A stretch of DNA of 32,000 nucleotides from Alphaproteobacteria bacterium (lineage in GTDB: Bacteria > Pseudomonadota > Alphaproteobacteria > Rs-D84): assembly GCA_017475605.1 (NCBI GenBank), contig JAFVFD010000005.1, positions 300,001 to 332,000 of the forward strand. Direction: 5' to 3'. A program made the position numbers and the translations under genes. The notes below the pieces were generated by a model. It was not told the DNA's origin. It saw only the letters and a list, made by a program, of their open reading frames with translations, and did not search any database. This document shows positions 10,478-18,081 of this stretch, in pieces. Numbering within the stretch: the first letter of the stretch is position 1; the number at the start of each line of letters is the position of its first letter.

Positions 10478-11732
10478 AGATTATCACCTCATAGTTCCAC
10501 GTGCGATTAGATGCATTCCAATCACAGCTTGTCATATAAACACCGCCGAAATCATCGAATATCTGCATAAACTGCATCGGTGTTAGTTTTGATGATGCCG
10601 CGATTTCCACAACATCAAAATTCTTGGTTTCAACGCCATTTGTTACCGTATCAACAACCGTTTGAATATCTACATTCGTATCAATAGACTGAAATGCAGT
10701 CATAACATCACGAACGATTGTATCTGTATCGCGTTCATCTTGACTTGGTCTGGTTTCTATTTTTGGTAATGCCGCACGCACAGATAATAAATCTTCGGAC
10801 AATTCTTGAACAAATGCACCCGGCATTAATTCCGTTGCAATTAAATAAAAATCACCAATTGTCCCGTATGTACGACGAATTTGAACGGTCGCATATTTTT
10901 CATCACATTTTGCCGTCGTCTGGGTCCAGCCTGATATAGGCTGCATCAAGAAACCAATTGCACGATAGCAAATATCTGCACGCGCCGCGACATCTGGTAA
11001 TAATTCATATGGTGGCACGATTGGTTCGGGCGGTAATTTCTTTTCAATTTGGAATTGTTCGTCTAATTCTTTATTTTTTTCTTCTATCTGTCGGCGATAT
11101 TCTGCGACCTTTTCTGGATCTATTTGCGATATTTCATTATGCTCGCTAACCGATTTAACCACTGAATCACGATACAACATAACCATCGCCATAACAAATA
11201 ACAATACCAGTATTGCCGATATAATTATTGAACGCATCATACTTATCGACCGTAATACAGCATGCGAATGCCCGGTTATAACTTCATCTAAATCGCGTTC
11301 AACCGCGCGTGGCATTCCCCATGCGCCAGGTGCAATAAAGGCACCCCAATCGGGCATTTCGGACATTCTTGAATATTCTGCGCGCGCATCCGCTTCATTT
11401 TCATAAATACGATCAATTAAAATAATACCATTTCTGACGGCGACCATATAAAACCCTTGGTCTACTGCAAAAACCGCCAAGAAAGACGAATGTTCGGAAA
11501 GTGCATCTACAACCTCGGCTGCGGCGGACGGCATACCACCCTTGTGCCCGACACGACGCGAAGACAAACCAATCATAAAATTATATTCAATGTATAAACT
11601 GTAATGGCCATCCACACCATGTGCAAGGCGACGCGCATACGCACGACCACCCCCGTTTCCCGCGACAACAGGTTGCCAAAACAGCCCTACGGCATATTTT
11701 TTTCTATGAACCGATATAGTTTGATTTGCCAA
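10467..11732 (-). CDS. Bitopic inner-membrane protein, PilO-like (type IVb pilus accessory protein of R64/PAPI-1 type)
   Basis: 421 aa with a TTG start at 11732 preceded by GGTAGAGAG. It has an N-terminal cytoplasmic domain (KKYAVGLFWQPV...), a single central TM segment (IIISAILVLLFVMAMVMLY), a short coiled coil and a periplasmic C-terminal domain. Its size and its position directly upstream of the PilP-like, ATPase and platform genes match pilO-pilP-pilQ-pilR order. Family assignment is by architecture and synteny only. Confidence 0.45.
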   Translation of the reverse strand: MANQTISVHRKKYAVGLFWQPVVAGNGGGRAYARRLAHGVDGHYSLYIEYNFMIGLSSRRVGHKGGMPSAAAEVVDALSEHSSFLAVFAVDQGFYMVAVRNGIILIDRIYENEADARAEYSRMSEMPDWGAFIAPGAWGMPRAVERDLDEVITGHSHAVLRSISMMRSIIISAILVLLFVMAMVMLYRDSVVKSVSEHNEISQIDPEKVAEYRRQIEEKNKELDEQFQIEKKLPPEPIVPPYELLPDVAARADICYRAIGFLMQPISGWTQTTAKCDEKYATVQIRRTYGTIGDFYLIATELMPGAFVQELSEDLLSVRAALPKIETRPSQDERDTDTIVRDVMTAFQSIDTNVDIQTVVDTVTNGVETKNFDVVEIAASSKLTPMQFMQIFDDFGGVYMTSCDWNASNRTWNYEVIIYAK

Positions 11733-11754
11733 TTTTTCTCTCTACCTTGGGTTA

Positions 11755-11784
11755 ATTATAACACAAAAAGGCAACCCTTGGCAA
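11755..11784 (-). promoter_or_regulatory. Candidate sigma70-like promoter of the pilO-like operon
   Basis: On the minus strand: TTGCCA (11784..11779), 18 nt, TATAAT (11760..11755). It lies between the upstream terminator and the TTG start. Confidence 0.4.
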
Positions 11785-11795
11785 ATACAGATTAA

Positions 11796-11830
11796 CAAAA
11801 ACCCCATCATTTTTTGATGGGGCTTTTTTT
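11796..11830. terminator. Rho-independent terminator after the lipoprotein gene, insulating it from the pilO-like operon
   Basis: AAAAA-CCCCATCA-TTTTT-TGATGGGG-CTTTTTTT: an 8-bp GC-containing stem flanked by A- and T-runs. It overlaps the stop codon at 11829-11831. Confidence 0.7.
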
Positions 11831-12305
11831 AATTATTACATGGACCATATGTCGTTGTACATTCCACCGTTTCGTATCCATATTCATAATCTGGCATCGG
11901 TGTTGTGTATTCCGCCGGCATCACAGAAACAGTTGCCGGTCCCCCATCACGCGCGGTACGAACCGCGTTTGGATGTGGACAATCATAGACATTTGCGGTC
12001 AACACAAATGCACGTTCCGGCCCAAATATAACCCATTTATTCGGGCGCGTGCGTTGCGCAACAATCCAATAAGCATTTCCTGGACGTGCCTGGTCTGCGA
12101 TACGATTTTCAAGATAACGGCGCGCATCTTCGGCATCATAGACTGAAACCTCGGATTCCAATTTATACAAAAATGTACAACCGATTGGTTCCGCGTCCAG
12201 TTGCGTGATGTATTCGCTGCCATTTTCGTTTTTTATCATACCACCACAGGCGGCCAACAAAACCAGCGCACAAAGTGCCATAAACTTTTTCATTTTATTC
12301 CCCAT
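11829..12305 (-). CDS. Putative lipoprotein with a Tyr/Thr/Cys-rich C-terminal tail
   Basis: Signal peptide with lipobox (ALVLLAAC|GG). The mature domain contains paired Cys (GCTF...VYDC) and ends PAEYTTPMPDYEYGYETVECTTTYGPCNN. No family is confidently recognised; it resembles small DUF4156-type lipoproteins. Confidence 0.55.
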   Translation of the reverse strand: MGNKMKKFMALCALVLLAACGGMIKNENGSEYITQLDAEPIGCTFLYKLESEVSVYDAEDARRYLENRIADQARPGNAYWIVAQRTRPNKWVIFGPERAFVLTANVYDCPHPNAVRTARDGGPATVSVMPAEYTTPMPDYEYGYETVECTTTYGPCNN

Positions 12306-12312
12306 TTACCTT

Positions 12313-13251
12313 TTATTGTTCAATTATATCATAATTTGATGCATCACTGAACAACTTTTTCAAAACAATGTTATTAAGTGCATGACTGCCCTTGTATGAT
12401 TCAAGTTTTCCACAAATCATACCGCCACTTGTCGCCATATCACCAATTGCGTCTATGATTTTATGGCGCACAAATTCGTCCGGCCACATCAATTTATTAA
12501 GTGTTCCGTCCCCATCGTTATTAAGTGCGATTACATTTGTTTCGTCCGCGCCACGTCCCATACCATGCGCCTTTAAATATTCCCATTCGGAATATTTTCC
12601 AAATGTTCGTGCGCGGGCAATTTGCTTGATAAATGTATTTTGCGCCCGTTTTGAACCGTCAAACACATATTCGTATGTCTGCGCCCCTATTATTTTTTCA
12701 GGATATACAAGTGTTGCGGTTATATCCAAACTTTTACCGTCATTTGGTGATAATTTTACATACCCATTACTTTTACGATGCGCAATTTTATCCATAACCC
12801 ATAATTTTATACGGAAAACCAATGGTAATTGACGGCGAACTTCGCGTGTGTACGCAATAACAGGTTTTTTAACAATAATTTTACGCATTTTACCACCGGT
12901 CGTTCCAGCCGCCATTATTTCACGCAAAAATAAATCTGCACTGCCGTCCATAATAGGCGTTTCCACACCGTCTATATCAATAATAACACTGTCCACACCC
13001 GCGATAAATAATGCCGCCATTAAATGTTCAATTGTTTGAACATGCGCACCATGTGTATCACCAATGGTTGTATTACGCATTTTTGTTTCACCGACATTAT
13101 CATATGCCGTCGCAATCATTTTATTTTTATCTATATCAATTCTGCGGAAAAATATTCCAGGCTTTTTAGACGGGCGCAAAACAATATTAACCGGTAATCC
13201 GGAATGAATACCTTTGCCTTTTAATTTTATTGTTTTTAACAAAGTTGTCAT
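12313..13251 (-). CDS. lpxC: UDP-3-O-acyl-N-acetylglucosamine deacetylase
   Basis: Contains GKGIHSGLPVNIVLRP, TIEHLMAALFIAGVD and EFVRHKIIDAIGDM. The preferred start, ATG 13251, forms an ATGA overlap with the lpxK stop. The ORF track start is 13272. Confidence 0.95.
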   Translation of the reverse strand: MTTLLKTIKLKGKGIHSGLPVNIVLRPSKKPGIFFRRIDIDKNKMIATAYDNVGETKMRNTTIGDTHGAHVQTIEHLMAALFIAGVDSVIIDIDGVETPIMDGSADLFLREIMAAGTTGGKMRKIIVKKPVIAYTREVRRQLPLVFRIKLWVMDKIAHRKSNGYVKLSPNDGKSLDITATLVYPEKIIGAQTYEYVFDGSKRAQNTFIKQIARARTFGKYSEWEYLKAHGMGRGADETNVIALNNDGDGTLNKLMWPDEFVRHKIIDAIGDMATSGGMICGKLESYKGSHALNNIVLKKLFSDASNYDIIEQ

Positions 13252-14153
13252 TTGATTTTCCCCCGCAACCAATCCCAGAAAAGATTATCCATGTTCGTGT
13301 CCAAACGCGCATATTTTATTTTATCGCGCACATTTTCGGGCAAACGCACCCAATCTTTTTCGGTTGTAACCAATTTAGCATTTTTCTTTTTCGCCAACGC
13401 GAACAGTTTTTCTATATCTTCATCTGTATATTGGTAATGGTCGGCAAACGCACGTGTTGCCACAACGTTATTCAGGCTTTTGAAAAACTTTCTTGGGTAC
13501 CCAATACCAGCAAACGCAACCAACGGCACATCTTCGTCATATGGCGATATTGTTTGATTTTTCGCATAAAAAACCGGAATACCCGCAGGTAATGTAAAGT
13601 TTTTCCGCGGATTATTTGAACGAATTATTATAATGGCATCTGCGCGCGCCGCATGACTTTTCGGTTCACGCAACGGCCCCGATGGTAACAAGAAACCATT
13701 TCCATAACCCAACCCTTCGTCAAAAACCAAAATGGAAACATCTTTTTCAATCTTTGGATTTTGGAAACCGTCGTCCATAACAATCGGTGTATTTTCGCGC
13801 TTTTGTTTATCCAATAATATAACATTACTTTTTCTGTCGCCGGTATGAACAATTAAACCGGTGCGTGATAACATTGATGCTTCGTCCCCTATATTGCCGG
13901 TTTTCGCACTTTTTTTATACCCATGCATAACGACCGGCGAATCCAGGTATGTCGCAATTGCGCGAACAATTGGTGTTTTACCAACACCGCCCGCCAAAAT
14001 ATTTCCAACACAAATCACACCGCGCCGCGATTTATATGGACGCAACCCGCGAAACCAATACACCACACGCGACATAAAATAATATATAAAAGATACCGGT
14101 AATAATATTATTGCAATCGGTGTTTTGTGCATAAACCACCATGGTGTTTTCAT
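13248..14153 (-). CDS. lpxK: Tetraacyldisaccharide 4'-kinase
   Basis: 301 aa with an N-terminal membrane anchor and the P-loop VGNILAGGVGKTP typical of LpxK. Confidence 0.9.
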   Translation of the reverse strand: MKTPWWFMHKTPIAIILLPVSFIYYFMSRVVYWFRGLRPYKSRRGVICVGNILAGGVGKTPIVRAIATYLDSPVVMHGYKKSAKTGNIGDEASMLSRTGLIVHTGDRKSNVILLDKQKRENTPIVMDDGFQNPKIEKDVSILVFDEGLGYGNGFLLPSGPLREPKSHAARADAIIIIRSNNPRKNFTLPAGIPVFYAKNQTISPYDEDVPLVAFAGIGYPRKFFKSLNNVVATRAFADHYQYTDEDIEKLFALAKKKNAKLVTTEKDWVRLPENVRDKIKYARLDTNMDNLFWDWLRGKIK

Positions 14154-14165
14154 ATATACTTCCCC

Positions 14166-14945
14166 CTACTTTTCTAGTTTTTTTGCGGCACGTTCTTCGC
14201 GTAATTTCCGTTTAAATTCAGACGCAGTTAAATCTTGTTCAACCATTTTATGTCCAAACACAGAATCCATCGTATGAACAGTATGTACCATATAATCTTC
14301 TAATTCAGCGCGTACAGATTCAAATTCCGCATCTGTTGCGCGCCGCGGCACAAATATTGGTTTACCAACAATACAATTTACCCGCGAAAAAGGCTTGGTA
14401 ATTAAATATCTGTCCCAACGATTTATAAACTTTGCCCGCGATGATGAAAAACATACCGGAATAATCGGCGCACCCGTCATTTTAGAAAAATACAACGCGC
14501 CGTCCTGGACACGCAGGGACGGTCCCCCCGGCCCATCTGGCGAAATACACATCGAATACCGCCCATCCATTAACACACGCAGTCCCCCGCGTAAAACCGA
14601 CAGCCCACCATGCGATGTTGAACCATACAACGGTCGCAACCCGAACAACCGCTGAACATGTGCCATTATACGACCATCACGATGTTGGCTTGCCACCGCA
14701 AAGGCACGCATACCGCCCACCGCGATAATTGGCGATAACATCATACTGCGCCCATGCCAAAACACGAATATTGCGGGTCGGCGGCGATATTTTTTAAATG
14801 TTTCATAATTTGTTATTTTGATGCGACAGGTCAAGTACACGAACCATATTGGAATTACAATTAAAATGGCGATCAACCATTGAATAATCCCCAGGCTAAA
14901 AAACCATTTCCGTGCGCGTCTTAAAAAACTTTTTCTTTTTTCCAT
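14166..14945 (-). CDS. DUF374-type lysophospholipid acyltransferase family protein
   Basis: 259 aa with an N-terminal TM segment, FVFWHGRSMM (an HX4-like acyltransferase motif variant) and PDGPGGP. This family commonly neighbours lpxK/waaA. Confidence 0.65.
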   Translation of the reverse strand: MEKRKSFLRRARKWFFSLGIIQWLIAILIVIPIWFVYLTCRIKITNYETFKKYRRRPAIFVFWHGRSMMLSPIIAVGGMRAFAVASQHRDGRIMAHVQRLFGLRPLYGSTSHGGLSVLRGGLRVLMDGRYSMCISPDGPGGPSLRVQDGALYFSKMTGAPIIPVCFSSSRAKFINRWDRYLITKPFSRVNCIVGKPIFVPRRATDAEFESVRAELEDYMVHTVHTMDSVFGHKMVEQDLTASEFKRKLREERAAKKLEK

Positions 14946-15008
14946 GCTTTAATTTTAGCAATAAAAAACATAATATGCAAGAATCAGACACCACAGCGCA
15001 CATTTTGT

Positions 15009-15036
15009 TTGACACGCGCAGAAATTGATATATAAT
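15009..15036 (+). promoter_or_regulatory. Consensus sigma70 promoter for tRNA-fMet
   Basis: TTGACA (15009-15014), 16 nt, TATAAT (15031-15036), 13 nt upstream of the tRNA 5' end. Confidence 0.65.
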
Positions 15037-15049
15037 AAACACCACTTAT

Positions 15050-15106
<57 letters not shown>

Positions 15107-15126
<20 letters not shown>

Positions 15127-15162
15127 GTTAAAATAAAAAATACGCCCCTGTGGCGTATTTTT
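15107..15162 (+). repeat. Direct repeat copy 1 (56 nt): tRNA-fMet T-loop to 3' end plus its terminator
   Basis: AAATCCACACTCCGCAACCAGTTAAAATAAAAAATACGCCCCTGTGGCGTATTTTT is identical to 15346-15401. Confidence 0.95.
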
Positions 15163-15163
15163 T
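15135..15163 (+). terminator. Rho-independent terminator of tRNA-fMet
   Basis: AAAATACGCC-CCTGT-GGCGTATTTT followed by further T residues. Confidence 0.75.
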
Positions 15164-15345
15164 GTTTTAGTTGTGTTGTGATTTGTTGTTTGTGCCATGC
15201 AACACAGTTGCTTGGTTCAAAATTTGTATGCGCGAACGAGCATCGGGCCCCGCAAAATTTAAAAAATTTTGTGGGTGATACTAGCGAAGTTCAAGCAACT
15301 ACAAATTTGCGCACAGTCGCGGCGCATTTATGCGACGGACGAGCG

Positions 15346-15401
15346 AAATCCACACTCCGCAACCAGTTAAAATAAAAAATACGCCCCTGTGGCGTATTTT
15401 T
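15346..15401 (+). repeat. Direct repeat copy 2 (56 nt): displaced partial tRNA-fMet 3' end plus terminator copy
   Basis: Perfect 56/56 match to 15107-15162. The preceding bases (GAGCG) cannot form a T-stem, so this copy is a tRNA fragment and not a gene. Confidence 0.95.
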
Positions 15402-15485
15402 ATTTATTTTCCTAGGATACACCCCCTATTGAAAATATTGCTAGTGGCGCAATAAAATTAAATTATCAAAAACATGGGGGAAAAT

Positions 15486-15746
15486 ATGACACATGATGAT
15501 ATTTGGTCTGCGATTGAAAAATTCGCAACCGAACATGGAATGTCTTGTTCGGGCCTGGCGCGCAGCAGCGGACTGGACCCAACAACATTTAACCGCAGTA
15601 AACGTTGGTCCAAATTTGGTCAGCCGCGTTGGCCTTCGACCGCCAGTATTGCGAAAATATTATCATCAACAGGTCAAAAAATAGATGATTTTGTTAAATA
15701 TATTCCTGATGATATTAAAAAAAATGGACCTGGTAATCAGATGTAA
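15486..15746 (+). CDS. HTH transcriptional regulator resembling the N-terminal domain of CI/S24-type repressors (no peptidase domain)
   Basis: MTHDDIWSAIEKFATEHGMSCSGLARSSGLDPTTFNRSKRWSKFGQPRWPSTASIAKIL matches the conserved alphaproteobacterial repressor-like HTH pattern (GLA..aGLDPT.FN.SKR....RWPST.SI.KIL). The start was chosen at ATG 15486 because GGGGGA lies 5 nt upstream. The ORF track start is 15474. Confidence 0.7.
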   Translation: MTHDDIWSAIEKFATEHGMSCSGLARSSGLDPTTFNRSKRWSKFGQPRWPSTASIAKILSSTGQKIDDFVKYIPDDIKKNGPGNQM

Positions 15747-15775
15747 AAAAAAAACGCCCGTTTGGGCGTTTTTGT
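15745..15775. terminator. Bidirectional rho-independent terminator
   Basis: A-run, AAAACGCCC-GTTT-GGGCGTTTT, T-run, between the convergent stops at 15746 (+) and 15775 (-). Confidence 0.75.
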
Positions 15776-16617
15776 TATTTTTGTTTTTCCATTTCAGCAA
15801 TACATTTTTTAAGTGAATCTTTCCAATGTGGAATTTCAAGACCAAAAGTATTTATAATATCTGATTTATCCAAAACACTGTAATATGGACGCTTTGCGCG
15901 TGTTGGATATTCGGTCGTTTTTATTGGATTCACACGACATTTTAATCCAGATAAATCCATAATTTCATGCGCGAAATCGTACCATGAACAAACACCCATA
16001 TTTGTAAAGTGATATATACCACGAGTTTTTAGATTCATCTGTGGCAAGATTTTTACAATTGCATCTGCCAAATCAGCCGCATATGTTGGTGTTCCAATTT
16101 GATCAGCAACAACATTTATTGATTCTTTTTCTGCGCCAAGTTTCCGCATAGTTTTTACAAAATTATTTCCATATGGTGAATAAAGCCATGCGGTACGAAT
16201 TATAACCGAATGAATCGCATACCTTAACACCTTTACTTCACCGGCAAATTTTGTTTTACCATATATAGAAATTGGATTTATTTCGTCTTTGGTGCTATCG
16301 GGGCTATATGGTTTATGTGCCGTTCCATCAAAAACATAATCAGTTGATATATGAACTATTTTTGCGCCAGTTTTTGCAAGATTTGCTGGACCATCAACAT
16401 TTATCTTGGTTGCTAAATCTATATTATCTTCGGCTTTATCAACAGCGGTATATGCGGCACAGTTTATAATTGTATCAATTTTGTATTTTTTAACAAAATC
16501 TGCAACTAAACTTTCGTGTGTAATATCTAAATCATTAACATCTGTGCGTATTGCATCTGGTAAACGTTTAGACAATTCTGTCCCCAGTTGCCCATTACCG
16601 CCCGTTATTAAGTACAT
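15775..16617 (-). CDS. rfbD: dTDP-4-dehydrorhamnose reductase
   Basis: 280 aa. Contains MYLITGGNGQLG (Rossmann GxxGxxG), STDYVFDG and YGKTK (the YxxxK catalytic motif), all typical of RmlD. Confidence 0.9.
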   Translation of the reverse strand: MYLITGGNGQLGTELSKRLPDAIRTDVNDLDITHESLVADFVKKYKIDTIINCAAYTAVDKAEDNIDLATKINVDGPANLAKTGAKIVHISTDYVFDGTAHKPYSPDSTKDEINPISIYGKTKFAGEVKVLRYAIHSVIIRTAWLYSPYGNNFVKTMRKLGAEKESINVVADQIGTPTYAADLADAIVKILPQMNLKTRGIYHFTNMGVCSWYDFAHEIMDLSGLKCRVNPIKTTEYPTRAKRPYYSVLDKSDIINTFGLEIPHWKDSLKKCIAEMEKQK

Positions 16618-17158
16618 CTTTTAACCTCTTTGCAATTCTGTCTTTTTCACTTGTTATAATTTTATCCGCTGGAATCCGCCAATCTATATTTATATCAGGA
16701 TCATCGAAACTAATACTAAATTCAGATTCTTTGTGATATAAATTATCGCATTTATACGCAAAAACCGCCTTGTCAGAAAGGACAGAAAATCCATGTAAAA
16801 ATCCACGCGGTATAAACAATTGACGTTTGTTTTCATCGGATAATTCAACTGCAACATGTTTACCAAATGTTGGTGAGTTTTTTCTGAAATCAACCGCAAC
16901 ATCTAATACGGTGCCATATAAAACACGGACCAATTTTGCCTGGGCATGATTACCAGTTTGACAATGCAGACCACGCACCACGCCGTACGATGATTTTGAT
17001 TGATTATCCTGGACGAAACGATTTGTTATTCCATTTTTAACAAATTCGGCTTCGTTATAACTTTCAAAAAAATATCCCCTGTCATCGCGAAATATTTTTG
17101 GTTCAACGATGATTACCCCGGGCAATTCTGTTTTTATAAAGTTCATTTTTTTCACCAT
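16595..17158 (-). CDS. rfbC: dTDP-4-dehydrorhamnose 3,5-epimerase
   Basis: Contains FRDDRGYFFESY, VQDNQSKSSYGVVRGLHCQ and RQLFIPRGFLHGF, the RmlC cupin motifs. An alternative ATG lies at 17146. Confidence 0.9.
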   Translation of the reverse strand: MVKKMNFIKTELPGVIIVEPKIFRDDRGYFFESYNEAEFVKNGITNRFVQDNQSKSSYGVVRGLHCQTGNHAQAKLVRVLYGTVLDVAVDFRKNSPTFGKHVAVELSDENKRQLFIPRGFLHGFSVLSDKAVFAYKCDNLYHKESEFSISFDDPDINIDWRIPADKIITSEKDRIAKRLKDVLNNGR

Positions 17159-18020
17159 ATACTTTCTTTAAATATTCCTTGTATTTACCATCATGCAAAT
17201 CTTGTATTATTTTCAACATTTGTTCATTGTTGATAAACCCACAATTAAAAGCAATTTCTTCTATACAGGCAATTTTCAACCCCTGACGTTGTTCGATTAT
17301 TTGAACAAAATTACCAGCCTCCATTAAACTGTCTGGGGTACCTGCGTCCAACCACGCATTTCCGCGATGCATCGGAACAACTGACATACGCCCTTCGTAT
17401 AAATATTGATTATTTAAATCTGTTATTTCCAATTCGCCACGCGCCGATGGTTTAAGATTTTTTGCTTTTTCCACAACATCAGATGGATAAAAATATAATC
17501 CAACAGATGCATAGTTTGATTTAGGTTTTGCTGGTTTTTCTTCTATTGATATCGCACGAAAGTTTTCATCAAATTCAACAACACCAAATCTTTCAGGGTC
17601 CGAAACATGGTGCGCAAATATAGTAGCAGATTTTCCAATATTAGATTTTATTTTTTCTTTAAATTCTTTCAACTGACCATTTATATAAAATATATTATCG
17701 CCTAATATTAAACACACATCATCTTTATCAATAAAATCTGCCCCAATTGTAAAAGCCTGGGCAATTCCCTTGGGTTCGGCCTGGACTGCATATTTTATAT
17801 TCATACCCAATTGTTTACCATCACCGAACAATTGTTCAATATTTGGTGTATCTTTTGGTGTTGATATAATAAGTATATCACGAATACCAAAAAGCATTAA
17901 TGTTGAAAGTGGATAATATATCATCGGTTTATCATAAACCGGTAATAATTGCTTGGATATTGTTTTGGTAAGTGGATAAAGTCTTGTACCACTGCCCCCA
18001 GCCAGAATAATACCTTTCAT
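17103..18020 (-). CDS. rfbA: Glucose-1-phosphate thymidylyltransferase
   Basis: Contains MKGIILAGGSGTRLYPLTKTISKQLLPVYDKPMIYYPLS, the canonical RmlA N-terminus. 305 aa. The 3' end overlaps rfbC by 44-56 nt. Confidence 0.95.
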   Translation of the reverse strand: MKGIILAGGSGTRLYPLTKTISKQLLPVYDKPMIYYPLSTLMLFGIRDILIISTPKDTPNIEQLFGDGKQLGMNIKYAVQAEPKGIAQAFTIGADFIDKDDVCLILGDNIFYINGQLKEFKEKIKSNIGKSATIFAHHVSDPERFGVVEFDENFRAISIEEKPAKPKSNYASVGLYFYPSDVVEKAKNLKPSARGELEITDLNNQYLYEGRMSVVPMHRGNAWLDAGTPDSLMEAGNFVQIIEQRQGLKIACIEEIAFNCGFINNEQMLKIIQDLHDGKYKEYLKKVYGEKNELYKNRIARGNHR

Positions 18021-18081
18021 AAACGCCTCTATTTTAATACAAAAATAATGTTAGTACATAAAAAATATAAAAACAACCTAT

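Noticed and set aside
7064-11732. Recent horizontal acquisition (ICE or plasmid fragment) as the explanation for the pil-like operon
   Set aside because: There are no flanking direct repeats, tRNA, integrase or conjugation genes. Sampled base composition (about 38-52% G+C per line) resembles neighbouring gyrB and lpx genes. An ancient origin by transfer cannot be excluded without a computed composition profile and phylogeny.
12392-12832. 146-aa + strand ORF inside lpxC, and similar antisense ORFs inside lpxK, topA (26796..27242), mrdA (30053..30493) and virB4
   Set aside because: All lie antisense to strongly supported housekeeping genes and lack recognisable motifs or start signals.
15163-15401. 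Possible tmRNA (ssrA) or tRNA-like gene, because the segment ends in ...TCCACACTCCGCAACCA and the ORF reads ANEHRAPQ...VAA
   Set aside because: No T-stem can form upstream of the duplicated T-loop half (GAGCG versus the required TGTGG). No stop codon follows the VAA. There is no GGGG-type 5' acceptor partner. The 3' end is an exact copy of tRNA-fMet, so duplication explains it better.
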